57,168 nt of DNA from a virus (IMGVR_UViG_3300002855_000221:1-57168), one strand, 5' to 3'. Counted from the first letter of the stretch, positions 25,820 through 36,758 are shown. The notes: generated by a model from the letters alone, not told the origin. Numbers and translations are program-made.

Positions 25820-26689
25820 ATGAAAAAATTATACATAATACTAGGACTTATTTTATCATTACTGGTCGCCTGCTCCCCGGGTTTCCCCACATCAGCAGCA
25901 AGCGAACCGATCCCAGAGAGACATACATCTGGCTCACTTCAGGTCTTTTACCTAGATGTTGGACAGGGTGATTCTACCCTAATACGTACACCAAAGGGGC
26001 AAAATATCCTGATTGACGGAGGAGACAACCACAAGGGAGACGAGGTCGTTGATTATCTCAAGCAGCTTGGCGTTAAAAGCCTTGATGCTATCATTGCCAC
26101 TCACCCGGACGCTGACCACATCGGCGGCTTGGATACAGTGATTGATGCAATACCAACCAAGAGTGTTTATGCTCCTCGAGTATCTCACACCACAAATACA
26201 TACAAGGACTTTTTGCTTGCAGTTAAAAACAGTGGATTAAAAATAAAAACTGCTAAGGCTGGACTTACGCTCCCGCTTGAAGGGGTCACAGCGGAGTTTA
26301 TTGCCCCGGTTGCGGATTATGGAAAAGACTTGAACGCTTGGAGCGCTGTGTTACGAGTACAATATGGCAACACATCTTTCCTATTTACGGGCGATGCCGA
26401 AACTAAGAGCGAAACCGACATGCTGAAGAGGCCGGACCTATTGAATGCCGACGTGCTGAAGGTGGGACATCATGGATCGGATACATCGACCTCACTGAAA
26501 TTTCTCAATGCTGTCAACCCGAAGTATGCCGTAATTAGTGCAGGCAAAGATAATAAATATGGTCACCCAAAGTCTGCAATTGTTAATCGTTTAAAAAAAT
26601 CTAAGGTTACTATCTACCGGACTGATACTCAGGGTACGATCACAGCAATAAGCGATGGGAAGAATATAAAATTCAAGACTGTGAGGTAA
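25820..26689 (+). CDS. ComEC/Rec2-type MBL-fold lipoprotein (probable nuclease)
   Basis: Lipobox LVAC, LDVGQGDS, THPDADHIGG, KVGHHGS, NKYGHP. Confidence 0.9.
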   Translation: MKKLYIILGLILSLLVACSPGFPTSAASEPIPERHTSGSLQVFYLDVGQGDSTLIRTPKGQNILIDGGDNHKGDEVVDYLKQLGVKSLDAIIATHPDADHIGGLDTVIDAIPTKSVYAPRVSHTTNTYKDFLLAVKNSGLKIKTAKAGLTLPLEGVTAEFIAPVADYGKDLNAWSAVLRVQYGNTSFLFTGDAETKSETDMLKRPDLLNADVLKVGHHGSDTSTSLKFLNAVNPKYAVISAGKDNKYGHPKSAIVNRLKKSKVTIYRTDTQGTITAISDGKNIKFKTVR

Positions 26690-26694
26690 TCAAA

Positions 26695-26913
26695 ATGATA
26701 AAAGGTGTTATTGACCGATTTGAGAGCGATACAGTGGTAATTGAAATCGAGGATGGCCATACAGTGGATTATCCAAAACACCTCCTGCCGATAGATGCTG
26801 AAGTTGGTGATGTGGTTAGAATTGAGGGTGACCATTTTACCTTGGACAGAGAAGAGACAAAAAAGCGAAGAAATGAAATCGATGGGCTCATGGATGAGCT
26901 TTTCGAGGATTAA
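26695..26913 (+). CDS. DUF3006 family protein
   Basis: GVIDRFE...LP...GDV; usual partner of ComEC-like MBL genes. Confidence 0.8.
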   Translation: MIKGVIDRFESDTVVIEIEDGHTVDYPKHLLPIDAEVGDVVRIEGDHFTLDREETKKRRNEIDGLMDELFED

Positions 26914-26920
26914 TGCAGAA

Positions 26921-26953
26921 AAGACCCTACCAGCCATGAGCTGATAGGGTCTT
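26921..26953. terminator. Bidirectional terminator hairpin (copy 2)
   Basis: AAGACCCTACCAGC...GCTGATAGGGTCTT between convergent genes. Confidence 0.75.
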
Positions 26954-26963
26954 AATTATTAAA

Positions 26964-27623
26964 TTACTTCTTTGTAGTGACCGTGGCGGTCTTGGTCTTA
27001 TTATCCCAGTCTATTTTTGCTTCGAGCGCCTCACCAACAGCTCTCAGAGGTACATAGGTCACGCCATTCTCCAACTTTCCATCTTTGATCTGTTTCCCGT
27101 TTACAATGACATTTACCTTCTCGCTATTATCCACGGTTGAGGCCCCTTTCATTGTGTCGTATTGATACAGGTTGTATGCATCCATGATAGATATTAGCTT
27201 ATCGGCATACTTTGGATCGGTAGCATAACCGGCCTTCTGGATTTCTTGCGCTGCTGTTTTACCATCCACTCCGATAACCTTCTTGTATTTGTTTCGGTCC
27301 CAGCTCACACCATTTAAAATCAATTTGGTATGATCTGCAATGGACTCGCCCCAATTGTTATAAGCGCGGAATTCCGCGCTTACTTTGATATCCTTACCTT
27401 TTACATGCTCCGTTGTTAACATCGTGCAGCTACCGGCTGGCCCTTTGCCTTTTATCCCAAATAAATTGTTACCCTTTTGGGTTAGTCCCGATGTACCCCA
27501 ATTACTTTCAAGTGCAGCCTGGGCAATAGTTAGCGATGTAGGGATAAAGGTATTCTTCATATCTGCCACTGCAAAAGAGGCGATTTTTTGGATGAACGCC
27601 GCCTTACTACTCATTGGGACCAC
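26964..27623 (-). CDS. Endolysin, GH73 glucosaminidase with C-terminal cell-wall domain
   Basis: AQAALESNWG, NNLFGIKG, GYATDPKYA; C-terminal TYVPLRAVGEAL. Confidence 0.92.
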   Translation of the reverse strand: MVPMSSKAAFIQKIASFAVADMKNTFIPTSLTIAQAALESNWGTSGLTQKGNNLFGIKGKGPAGSCTMLTTEHVKGKDIKVSAEFRAYNNWGESIADHTKLILNGVSWDRNKYKKVIGVDGKTAAQEIQKAGYATDPKYADKLISIMDAYNLYQYDTMKGASTVDNSEKVNVIVNGKQIKDGKLENGVTYVPLRAVGEALEAKIDWDNKTKTATVTTKK

Positions 27624-27882
27624 CCACTGCCTTGACTGTCTGTTTTACCGCTTGGTGACCGAAAACAGCGAAAGCCCCACACAGGATTCCCTGGATGACT
27701 GCCTGAACACTAAATCCTTGGATCAAGCAAACAAATACAATAGCTACCACACCGACTAAATAAACAATGGACCAATCAGGAATAAACGGCGTCCGTTTAA
27801 GGACGTAACCAATAATCCAGCATGCAAAAACAACCCCGATGAGCTCAGGGTTGATGTAATCAAATATCAAGTTCCATTCCAT
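27607..27882 (-). CDS. Holin
   Basis: 3 TM segments, IPDWSI, GHQAVKQ; directly upstream of the endolysin. Confidence 0.85.
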   Translation of the reverse strand: MEWNLIFDYINPELIGVVFACWIIGYVLKRTPFIPDWSIVYLVGVVAIVFVCLIQGFSVQAVIQGILCGAFAVFGHQAVKQTVKAVGGPNE

Positions 27883-27899
27883 GTACTTTCATCCTCCTA

Positions 27900-28289
27900 T
27901 TAATTAAGTGCTGCTAATTTGATACCGGCCCAGACAGCAGTCATAATACCACCAGCAACCCCAGCGATAACCACACCGAAAAAAGTACGCTTGAACCATT
28001 TCTGGCTCTCAGCCTGTGCTTCTTGTGTTTTGATAGCCTCGTTCGCTTTCCGGAGTGCTTCCTCCGCAATTATCTTAGTTTGATTAAATTCAACTTCCAG
28101 ACCTTCAAGTTTCTGCTTCACCTGCTGTGCGCACGTCAATGCTTCTCTGGATGTTTCCTTCACATCCGCTACGGATGGAACCAAAGCGGCCAATGGCTTC
28201 AATGTCTCTTCGATCCTGGCGAGTTGTATTTGCAAGCTAACCAATGTATTTACATCGTGCACGTCACCCACCCCTTGTGTTGTAGACAT
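27900..28289 (-). CDS. XhlA-like lysis-associated membrane protein
   Basis: Coiled coil plus C-terminal TM after KWFKRT. Confidence 0.65.
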   Translation of the reverse strand: MSTTQGVGDVHDVNTLVSLQIQLARIEETLKPLAALVPSVADVKETSREALTCAQQVKQKLEGLEVEFNQTKIIAEEALRKANEAIKTQEAQAESQKWFKRTFFGVVIAGVAGGIMTAVWAGIKLAALN

Positions 28290-28370
28290 CCCCTCGTCCC
28301 CCTATCTTTGTATATAAGAGAAGCCCTCGGACCACCCAAGAGCATAAAAAATACGCCTTACGGCGCTGTG

Positions 28371-28511
28371 CTATGCTACATATTCAACTTTAGCGATTTG
28401 TTGGTACTGCTCCGGTGTAATCATCTTTGCTGCAACAAATGTTTTTAGACTGTCATCGTTGTATAGAGGATGATGATTGTCATAATATCGTTTGACGATC
28501 GGATACCACAT
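28371..28511 (-). CDS. XkdX-family protein
   Basis: Hand-translated MWYPIVKRYYD...FVAAKMITPEQYQQI. Confidence 0.8.
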   Translation of the reverse strand: MWYPIVKRYYDNHHPLYNDDSLKTFVAAKMITPEQYQQIAKVEYVA

Positions 28512-28961
28512 CTACTCTGCACCTCCCTTCAGTGCAGCTACCTCAAATAGCAATGTCCCGACTGTTTCTTCTAGGGATGATATGGTTGCCTTATCGTTCG
28601 CACTCTCCATCAGTAGAGTTCCCATAGTTACATTTAGCTCATCAACCTCTTCCGTTAGTGGCTTGCGGTACACAGGCTGTTCTTCTGGATCGTCTGGATT
28701 TGGATATGCAAACTGAATGTTTCCAGTATCAGGATCAAACCTCCAATCTATCGCCCTTGAAAACTCCTCCTCGTACTGTCTTGGTTCGAACGTGGTCATT
28801 TCGATGGCGTCCGGATCATACGGTTTTAACTCAACATAAACCTCAAAATCTTCTTCCTTGGTCGATTCAATGCCCCATGGCATCTCTCCACGTTGTGCCA
28901 CAATATTACCTGTTGACTTGACCCAGAAAAAGCGTCTCCCTAATGCTGTTGGCTCGCTCAT
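28512..28961 (-). CDS. Tail fibre-associated/chaperone protein
   Basis: Position between the fibre gene and xkdX. Confidence 0.6.
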   Translation of the reverse strand: MSEPTALGRRFFWVKSTGNIVAQRGEMPWGIESTKEEDFEVYVELKPYDPDAIEMTTFEPRQYEEEFSRAIDWRFDPDTGNIQFAYPNPDDPEEQPVYRKPLTEEVDELNVTMGTLLMESANDKATISSLEETVGTLLFEVAALKGGAE

Positions 28962-28975
28962 TTATTACATCCCTC

Positions 28976-30343
28976 CTATGCTCCGAACACTTGATAAGGC
29001 TGCGCCCCGATGTAAAACCCCTCATGCCCCCAATTGGATTGCACGTCAAAATTTACGTGGTTTGCACCGAATACAACATCCTTTAGTTGGGCTATGCTCT
29101 GGTTAACTTGTAAATTACCTAGTACAACTACACCGGATCCGAGATTATAAGCTGACATTAGTCCTCTACCATATGCATCAGAAACTGCAGGTGGATATTT
29201 AACTTCCACCCTTATGATAAGGATCATTGGCTTAAAAGGTAGGTTCGAAATAGTCCTTGTATTCCAGTCCAAGGTCCCGCTTGCCATTTTAATACCGGTA
29301 TTAATCTGACTTATTTTATTGGCTAATGCTGCAAATTCCTCGCTACCTGTTGCTGGAATTCCCTTGCCGCTAATGGCGGTAGCGATCGCCTGTTTCCCGT
29401 TAGCGACAGAGGTAAAAAGGTCTTGTGTCCAAGGCCCCCAAGTTACTACGCCACCACCCACATCCGAGCCTGTGCGCATTTGATAAGTATTGCTGAATAA
29501 ATCTATAGCTTCTTGTTTTACCCACGCGCCAGCGTACATCGCGATTACATTAATGTAATACCACTTCCCATCCCCTGTTGCAGGTGCATTAGCAATATTT
29601 TCACCAACGTAAAAACCAGCTGCTGTAAGATTATTTGCATTACCATTGCTCACGTTAATTGAAGCGCCATTTTCTTCTGTCAATTTTCGTTTCTGCCACG
29701 GTTTGTTATTTACATAATCTGTTGTAGCAAAACCACTATCCTCAACCGATCTCATAAAATCGTTCCATTGTTTCTGATACTCAGCAGTTTTTGTATTCAG
29801 CCACTGTTGAAATTGATTGAATATAGCTGTCGTGTCTGCTTGTTGTACCACGCCAGTAACTACGCCACATACCGTATTGTCTAACCTTTCATCTGTGATA
29901 TTTTCCGGTAACACAATACTGCTGTTGGCCTTTATTCTAACCTGTGCAAGACTCAGGTCATAAATATCACCCGCTCGAACTATGCCTGGGGCAACAGGTG
30001 ATGCCGCTGGGGTGCCTTGTAAAACTAAAGCTTGTACAGCTCTTACAGGAGCGCTAGTATCAAGTCGTAAAACAATCCGATCAATTCGATCTTGTGTTGT
30101 CGCTGGCTGAATAGGTAATACAAGAGGTGAATCATAGACGGTATATTTATATCCGTTTATCCACCCATTACCAAGCGCAACAGATACGTTGGCATCCTTA
30201 CCTGTTGCTGTTACCTTTAAATAGGTCCCTCCTTTGTACACACCGTTTCCGATGAAAAGCGCGAAAAACTCAGCAAATTCTCGAGCTGGATAATACCTTT
30301 CATCACCAGGAGCCGAATCAAAAAAGCTGCTCTTTTGCGGCAT
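28976..30343 (-). CDS. Baseplate/tail fibre (receptor-binding) protein
   Basis: SFFDS...RIDRIVLRLD...ITDERL N-terminus; fibre-like C-terminal segments. Confidence 0.8.
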   Translation of the reverse strand: MPQKSSFFDSAPGDERYYPAREFAEFFALFIGNGVYKGGTYLKVTATGKDANVSVALGNGWINGYKYTVYDSPLVLPIQPATTQDRIDRIVLRLDTSAPVRAVQALVLQGTPAASPVAPGIVRAGDIYDLSLAQVRIKANSSIVLPENITDERLDNTVCGVVTGVVQQADTTAIFNQFQQWLNTKTAEYQKQWNDFMRSVEDSGFATTDYVNNKPWQKRKLTEENGASINVSNGNANNLTAAGFYVGENIANAPATGDGKWYYINVIAMYAGAWVKQEAIDLFSNTYQMRTGSDVGGGVVTWGPWTQDLFTSVANGKQAIATAISGKGIPATGSEEFAALANKISQINTGIKMASGTLDWNTRTISNLPFKPMILIIRVEVKYPPAVSDAYGRGLMSAYNLGSGVVVLGNLQVNQSIAQLKDVVFGANHVNFDVQSNWGHEGFYIGAQPYQVFGA

Positions 30344-30346
30344 GTG

Positions 30347-31444
30347 CTAACCACTCCTTTTAACATCGTTTTTAAGTCTTTTCACAAAATTCGTTATTGT
30401 AGGTATCTCATCACCAAGGACGGCTTCGATCTTTGACGCTGGTTCGTATATTTCTTTGACCTCCGTGATTCGATTGTCCATCGCAAGATTCCATGATCGA
30501 TTTTGCAAAGTCACACGGTCTCCAAGATCCCAGTCCTTCTCATACACGAAACTATTTGTGTTCAGAATCATTCCGTTATAGGTCACGATTTGTTTCAACT
30601 CGGATAGTTTCTGCTTACCTAAATCGATCAGCTCGGTTGCATTATCAGCGGAGGAGCAATCCAGAAAAACCTCCCGTCGATTAAGGCCAAGACCACCGCC
30701 TACGAATTGAATCAAACGATCTTCATCTTCGCCTTTCCCGCCTGCATATCCGGCATTTTTGTATTGCAATTTAGAATCGACATATTGTTGAGATTGGATA
30801 TTGTCAAAGTCATGAGAAAATATCACTGGCGGCAGAATGCTTTGCCCTGCTGTCAAATCCCTTCCCGGCAGAACATCAAACATCCATTTCTTGTTCTGAA
30901 AATCCAGTTTTACCAACCAACCTATATCACACCATTCAGCGATCTTTTCCATTACTTGATCCAGTGGATCGAAACGGGTTTGCCATGGTGTTTCTTTGCC
31001 CCTATATTGATTTGGAGCAACAGAAAAGACCGGAATATTCCGGTCTGGGTAGGCGCTGCTTATAAGGTGATTGGTTACATAATGCTTCATGACGGTTTCA
31101 GCCGGTCCTCTAATGCGATCGTAGTTGCTTGTGACGGTTACACGTTGATCCAAGACACCACCAAGAGTGGGGCCCTTTACAATTAACGTTTCAATCCCAC
31201 TGTCATCTTCAGTAATTTCCCTGTATCGGATAATACCTGACTTATGAGGCTGATTGTTGATGTATATCACTCGATCGTGTAGTAGTTGGTCTGTATGACG
31301 TTTGCCAATATGAATATGCATTTCAAACTCTCCGGGTCGGTAAAATCTCCGGGTAAACTGCAGGCTTTCATAATTGTCAATTTCTCCGAGCAAATTGAAA
31401 TCTGTATCCAATATCCTTACTGATGGTCCGCTGATCGTCATCAC
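30347..31444 (-). CDS. Siphovirus Gp37-like minor tail protein
   Basis: GEIDNYESLQFTRRFY.PGEFE...YEKDWDLGDRVT. Confidence 0.8.
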   Translation of the reverse strand: MMTISGPSVRILDTDFNLLGEIDNYESLQFTRRFYRPGEFEMHIHIGKRHTDQLLHDRVIYINNQPHKSGIIRYREITEDDSGIETLIVKGPTLGGVLDQRVTVTSNYDRIRGPAETVMKHYVTNHLISSAYPDRNIPVFSVAPNQYRGKETPWQTRFDPLDQVMEKIAEWCDIGWLVKLDFQNKKWMFDVLPGRDLTAGQSILPPVIFSHDFDNIQSQQYVDSKLQYKNAGYAGGKGEDEDRLIQFVGGGLGLNRREVFLDCSSADNATELIDLGKQKLSELKQIVTYNGMILNTNSFVYEKDWDLGDRVTLQNRSWNLAMDNRITEVKEIYEPASKIEAVLGDEIPTITNFVKRLKNDVKRSG

Positions 31445-32298
31445 CCCCCAACATATCTGTTATTCCAATACACTGTTACTGTTGCGGCTTGCTGGTCACT
31501 GTCTTTGTCGGATCCGTATTTTAAAATATTAGGTCCAGGTCGAAGTTGGAAAAACGTGCTCCCGAGATCAATCCAATGGAATACGTTCGTTCGGCTACCA
31601 TCGGCATTCAATACTTCAACACGCTTATTACCAAATGCCGTATTAATTATTAAAGTGTCATGTTCTGTGAGTTCATAGTTTACCTTGATGTATTCACCCG
31701 TTGTTTCACTCTCTACGATAGGGTTTGTGGCTGGTCCTTTATATCGGATCTCTACAGGAGTTTCCTCATCTCCCGAATTCGTGAAAGTCCCCCTATATGC
31801 CGAGAAAGCGAATTGTGTGGGCAATCTAAGCGGAAATGTCATCCCACCAGATTCAAAACGGAGCCCTTGAACCGTTTGGTTCTCGTCCCTCCAATACGGA
31901 TCGTTTGCCACAAAGTTAACTGTAAACATCTGGTTAGCTACATAACGTTCATTAAATACCGGACTCTCTTCGGCAATCGCCGTAATTGCATAACTTCGGG
32001 CATCATTGCTATACACCATTTTTCCGGGGCCCAGTTTTGGATTCAGGATCCTTACCAATTCACGCCTAAGCTCATACATTTCTTGTTGTTGATTTGATTT
32101 TATAAAGCCTTGTATAAATATATCCCGATCCGTAAACTGAGCACTTACAAAGGTGCTGCCATCCTGATAGGGAGACTTAGTTGATTTAATATCCAGTGGT
32201 GGCGCTCCTGTTCCCTCGATTTTTTCCAGCACAAAAGGCCCGTAGGTGCCGATTACTACGGTCTCACCTCGGGGATTTACAAATGTAACTCTTTGCAA
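31441..32298 (-). CDS. Distal tail protein (Dit)
   Basis: Follows the tape measure gene; DPYW, FFQLRPGPN. Confidence 0.85.
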   Translation of the reverse strand: MQRVTFVNPRGETVVIGTYGPFVLEKIEGTGAPPLDIKSTKSPYQDGSTFVSAQFTDRDIFIQGFIKSNQQQEMYELRRELVRILNPKLGPGKMVYSNDARSYAITAIAEESPVFNERYVANQMFTVNFVANDPYWRDENQTVQGLRFESGGMTFPLRLPTQFAFSAYRGTFTNSGDEETPVEIRYKGPATNPIVESETTGEYIKVNYELTEHDTLIINTAFGNKRVEVLNADGSRTNVFHWIDLGSTFFQLRPGPNILKYGSDKDSDQQAATVTVYWNNRYVGG

Positions 32299-32309
32299 TT
32301 CGGCACCTC

Positions 32310-35300
32310 CTATGATCCCATAGCTAATTGTTGAGCAGATCGTGTACTTGCTCTCGAAACGTCAGAAGGTGATGTAACAGGGGTATTAAAGTTATTAGTT
32401 ACGCTGATAACTTTACCTTGGATCGGTCCCGAGCTAGATGGTGGAGCGCTACCTCCTGAACTCTTCCCGCCCCCGCCTGAAGGCATGTTAGCCGCTTCGT
32501 TCATAGCAGCCACCGCCATACTTCGCGCGGCATTAATCTGTGCAACCACATTAGCGATCATTCCAGATATTTCATCAATATGCGGCCTAATGCCATCAAC
32601 TAGCTCTTCTCCGAGAGTATGCCCAGCTTGGTTGTAACCATCGCCGAAACTCTCCAACAGCTTTAATATATCTTCTTGTTGTTTGTTGATGATCATCTTC
32701 TCGGCTTCTGCCTGGATGTTCTTGGCGTTTAAGAGCTCGTTATAGTGATTCTGGGTGTCAATCAGTTGCTGATCTAGAGAAGCTTTCTGAGCGTTGTATA
32801 TGGCATTAATATTGGCCTGTTGAGCCTCATACTCTGCAAGCATGATTTCTTTCTTAAGAGCGAGTTGTTCTTTAACCGAGTCAATTTCTTCCTTCTGCTT
32901 GTTTTTCAACTCTTCTTGCTCTGTTTTTAATGCTTCCTTGTGGTCCTCAAGCTGTTCCAGTCTATGGCGTTCAGCTTGTTCAGCCATGACCTTGTTGAGT
33001 TCCTTTTGCAGTTCCACTCGGTTAAATTCATCATGCTCATATTCGATTAGACCTTGAAGTCGGGATATTTTCTTAGCATCCTCTGCATCCAGCTCTTCTC
33101 GCGATTTTTGCTTCTCAGCTTGGTTAAGCAAATCCAATTCTTTTTGGATCGCTGCTATTCTGGCATTATAAGTGCTCTCAATGGCAGCTATTTCTGCATC
33201 TGCAGCACGTTGAGCCGATTCGATCCGAGCATCATGAACTGTCTTGATTGCATCCAGCTGGGATCTCTTCCACTCTTCATTCGCTTGTTGAGCATTTTTG
33301 ATGCGCTCTTCGTCGATTTTCTTCTCTTCCTGGTACTTATTACGGAGGGCCTCTTGAACAGCCTTGGACATCTCATTGATTCTGTTGACCTGCTCTTTTC
33401 TAACCTGTTCGTTATAATCCCGTTCGAGTTTTAAGCGTTCGTTGGTTTGCTTTCGAACAACCTCAGTGATCTCCCGCTCGATCTTCTTCTTCTCATCAGC
33501 TGTATACCGATTATCCGCAAGCACCTTCTTGAGATAATTGTTATTCAGGTAAATCTGGTCGTTAAGCAGCCGGTCCTGAAGTTTATACTGTTCTTCTGCC
33601 GACAACTCTTCACGGGCCAAACGGTCCTCATAGGCAGCTTGTAATTGCTGGGATACATAATCGGTCGCTTCCTTACGGAGTTGCTTTTCTTCTTCGATTT
33701 TCTTTTTGAGCGCTTCCTGCCGACGAATTTCTGCATCGAAGATCATATCATCGATTTGCTTGCGCTCTTCCGCCGAGTCTGCATATTGCTTTTTGATGCG
33801 CTTCAGGCGCTGAATCTCTTGGTCCTCGGATAGCTTACCAAGACGTTTCGACTTGTCCAAATCATCAAGAGCATTTTCCAGGGTTTTGTCGCCAAGAGCC
33901 TTACGAACAGCGTAGATGCGCTCTTCGATTTCCATGCGTTCATCAGAGGTCTTGACGTGTGCTGCCTTGATTTTTTCGAGCATCTTAAGCTCGCTCTCAA
34001 GCGTCAAATCATCCATTTTTTTCTTATGCTCTAGTTGTTTATAAGCCTCATCTAAAGCTTTGTTTTCGTAGGCTTTGGCTTTAGGCGTTTTAGTTTTAGA
34101 TGTTTTCTCTTTTTTACCACCGCCACCACCCGGGATATTAACTGGTGTGATTACAACCGGATCAATTTTAAAATCATCCGGCTTCATATCCAATATTTGT
34201 TGTAAGCTTGCTGCTTCACCGCGTAATCGATCGAGCTCATTATTCATTCGGTTTAGGGCAGCTTCAGCGATTCCACCTTCACCCGCAATCCGAACAATAC
34301 CCTCGGCGATTTTAATAGCCGCTTCTTGTTTTGCAATTGCTGTATCTGTCTCTTGTTTTGCCTCTCGAGCTTTTAATTGGATATTAGCCCATGTGAGGTT
34401 GATATCTTGGTTTTTAGTGGCTATTAAACTCTCAATAGCTTGTACGTTAATACCGGCAGCTGTACTAAGGTGAGGGAACATTTTAGCGAGCTCGTTTTGA
34501 GCTGCCTTGTATTCATCAGAGCCTTTTTTGGCCGTTTTATATGTGGTAACAAGAGCCTGAATGCCATTAACCTCTTGTTTGCGCATTGCTAACTGTTTGG
34601 CAGACTCGTTTACTTCTAACGCTGTTTCCCTTTTTGCATCCTTCACGGCCTTGGTGAGAGTATTCTGAGCGTCACGTAATTGATTCATGGATTTCGCCGT
34701 TAACTTTCCGTTCTCATCGACAAATTCCAATGTGACCCCAAACTCTTTCGCCGTCTTCATAAGCTCTTTCATGTCTACGTCCAGCTCGTCAACTGCTGTA
34801 TCTAACGCAAGGACATTGTTTCCCAGTTGGGCTGAGTTAGTAGCGGATGCGGCATCGATCAGCTTTTGATAAGTATCGATTAGCTGGTCCAGTTTTTCGA
34901 TTTTCTCTTCTGTTGCCTCGATTTCATCCCTTGTAATTCCGTTTTCCTGAATCGTTTGTAAGTCCTGTTGAGCCTGAGCCAACTCTTCGGTAGCAGCTTT
35001 CGCTTCTGCCATGCTATTTTTTAGGCTGAAAAATAATGTTACTGCCCCAGCAATGGCCATCAGTACCAAACCAACAGGATTTGTTGCTAACCACATCAGA
35101 GCAGTTCCCAAGCCCTTAATAACAGGGATCAGCAAACCTATACTTTCAACGAGTTTTCCTACAACAATCAGCAACGGACCCGCTGCTGCGACAATAGCCA
35201 CAAGAGTAAGAACAGACTTCTGTCCAGACGCATCCAAACTTGCAAACCAAGCAGCACCCTTCTCTATGGATTCAAATAACGGTTCTAAAGAATCCAATGC

Positions 35301-36758
35301 TGACATGATGGCTGGCACAAGAGCGTCACCAAACGTAATAGCTGCATCTGTAATACGGTTTCCAAGCATGGTCAGCTTGGATGCAGTAGTCTCGTATCTT
35401 TGATTCGCTTCGTCCGTTAATGCGGTATTCTCTTTCCAAGCCTTTGAACCAAGCTCAATGGATTCACGGAATAGATCACCAGCACCAGAAGCACGAAGTA
35501 GTGTATCCCGTACCCGTATCTCCGATAAACCCAACTTATCAAGCGCGAGGAATGTATTTTCTCCGGCCTTGGACATGCGGCCTAACCCTTCAATGAAAGA
35601 GATTATCGCTCCCGTAGCATCCTGTTCGAATTGCTTCTTAAATTCGGATGCAGACATTCCAGCTACAGAAGCAAACATTTTCAGGTCATCGCCGCCCATT
35701 TTCGCTGCCATCGCCATGTTGATCATGACCCGAGAAAATGCCGATCCACCCATTTCAGCCTCAATACCTACTGAGGCGAGAGAGCCTGCAAACGAAAGGA
35801 TTTGATCTTCGGTCATCCCGACCTGTTTTCCAGCCCCCGCAAGACGGAGGCCCATGTTAACGATCTCTGATTCAGTCGCAGCCAAATTGTTACCGAGCGC
35901 AACGATTGTTGCCCCGAGTCGGTCAAAGTTTTCTTGTGGCATTTGAGTGATATTCGCCAACCTTGCAAGGGCAGTAGCCGCATCCGAAGCAGTCATATTT
36001 GTTGCTACACCCAAGTCAGTCATAGTACGAGTAAAGCCCATTAAGCTTTCATTCTTAATACCAAGTTGACCGGCTGCTTCTGCTACTTCCGAGATGGCCG
36101 TTGCCGTTGCCGGAATGTCTTTGGACATTTGACGAATCTCTTTCGAGAATGCTTGGAATTCAGCCTCAGTAGCATCTACCGTTTTTCTCACACCAGCGAA
36201 AGCCGACTCAAAATCAATTGATGCCTTTGCACCTGCTGTTCCTATTGCAGCAATAGGCGCTGTAACCATTAAGGACATTTCTTGACCGGCCGACTTCATG
36301 CTCTGCCCAATTGACTGCATCTTTTTTGAAGCTGCATCCAACTGCTGGGATACTTTTTTCCATGCAGACGATTGTTTTTCTATCTCCGCTGTTGTTCTCT
36401 GTAACTCGTTATACATTTTGTTGTACAGAGAGACGGCCTTATTCAGTTTGATTTCGAGATTTTGAGTTTCTCTGGCATCCTTACCTTTTGCTGCTGCTGC
36501 CTCATCATGCTGTTGCTTCAATTTAGCTATTTTTTGCTGTTGAATCTCCATCTGCTTATTCAATGCATCTGCTTTTGTCCGGAGAGATTCCTGAGAGTTA
36601 GCATGCTCTCCGAGTCTGGCCGAAGCTGCTTTGAACTCACTCTCAACAACCTTCATTTGTCGTGCCAATTGAGCCATCGATTTTTCAACATCATTATCTT
36701 CAATCGATATTTTGGTGACTAGATTTGCAACTTCTATGTTGTCTGCCATGATTTTCAC
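32310..36758 (-). CDS. Tail tape measure protein
   Basis: 1482 aa; DFESAFAGVRKTVD TP901-type domain; coiled coils. Confidence 0.95.
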   Translation of the reverse strand: MKIMADNIEVANLVTKISIEDNDVEKSMAQLARQMKVVESEFKAASARLGEHANSQESLRTKADALNKQMEIQQQKIAKLKQQHDEAAAAKGKDARETQNLEIKLNKAVSLYNKMYNELQRTTAEIEKQSSAWKKVSQQLDAASKKMQSIGQSMKSAGQEMSLMVTAPIAAIGTAGAKASIDFESAFAGVRKTVDATEAEFQAFSKEIRQMSKDIPATATAISEVAEAAGQLGIKNESLMGFTRTMTDLGVATNMTASDAATALARLANITQMPQENFDRLGATIVALGNNLAATESEIVNMGLRLAGAGKQVGMTEDQILSFAGSLASVGIEAEMGGSAFSRVMINMAMAAKMGGDDLKMFASVAGMSASEFKKQFEQDATGAIISFIEGLGRMSKAGENTFLALDKLGLSEIRVRDTLLRASGAGDLFRESIELGSKAWKENTALTDEANQRYETTASKLTMLGNRITDAAITFGDALVPAIMSALDSLEPLFESIEKGAAWFASLDASGQKSVLTLVAIVAAAGPLLIVVGKLVESIGLLIPVIKGLGTALMWLATNPVGLVLMAIAGAVTLFFSLKNSMAEAKAATEELAQAQQDLQTIQENGITRDEIEATEEKIEKLDQLIDTYQKLIDAASATNSAQLGNNVLALDTAVDELDVDMKELMKTAKEFGVTLEFVDENGKLTAKSMNQLRDAQNTLTKAVKDAKRETALEVNESAKQLAMRKQEVNGIQALVTTYKTAKKGSDEYKAAQNELAKMFPHLSTAAGINVQAIESLIATKNQDINLTWANIQLKAREAKQETDTAIAKQEAAIKIAEGIVRIAGEGGIAEAALNRMNNELDRLRGEAASLQQILDMKPDDFKIDPVVITPVNIPGGGGGKKEKTSKTKTPKAKAYENKALDEAYKQLEHKKKMDDLTLESELKMLEKIKAAHVKTSDERMEIEERIYAVRKALGDKTLENALDDLDKSKRLGKLSEDQEIQRLKRIKKQYADSAEERKQIDDMIFDAEIRRQEALKKKIEEEKQLRKEATDYVSQQLQAAYEDRLAREELSAEEQYKLQDRLLNDQIYLNNNYLKKVLADNRYTADEKKKIEREITEVVRKQTNERLKLERDYNEQVRKEQVNRINEMSKAVQEALRNKYQEEKKIDEERIKNAQQANEEWKRSQLDAIKTVHDARIESAQRAADAEIAAIESTYNARIAAIQKELDLLNQAEKQKSREELDAEDAKKISRLQGLIEYEHDEFNRVELQKELNKVMAEQAERHRLEQLEDHKEALKTEQEELKNKQKEEIDSVKEQLALKKEIMLAEYEAQQANINAIYNAQKASLDQQLIDTQNHYNELLNAKNIQAEAEKMIINKQQEDILKLLESFGDGYNQAGHTLGEELVDGIRPHIDEISGMIANVVAQINAARSMAVAAMNEAANMPSGGGGKSSGGSAPPSSSGPIQGKVISVTNNFNTPVTSPSDVSRASTRSAQQLAMGS

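Noticed and set aside
28976-30343. Diversity-generating retroelement or invertible tail fibre
   Set aside because: No reverse transcriptase, invertase or duplicated variable repeat seen
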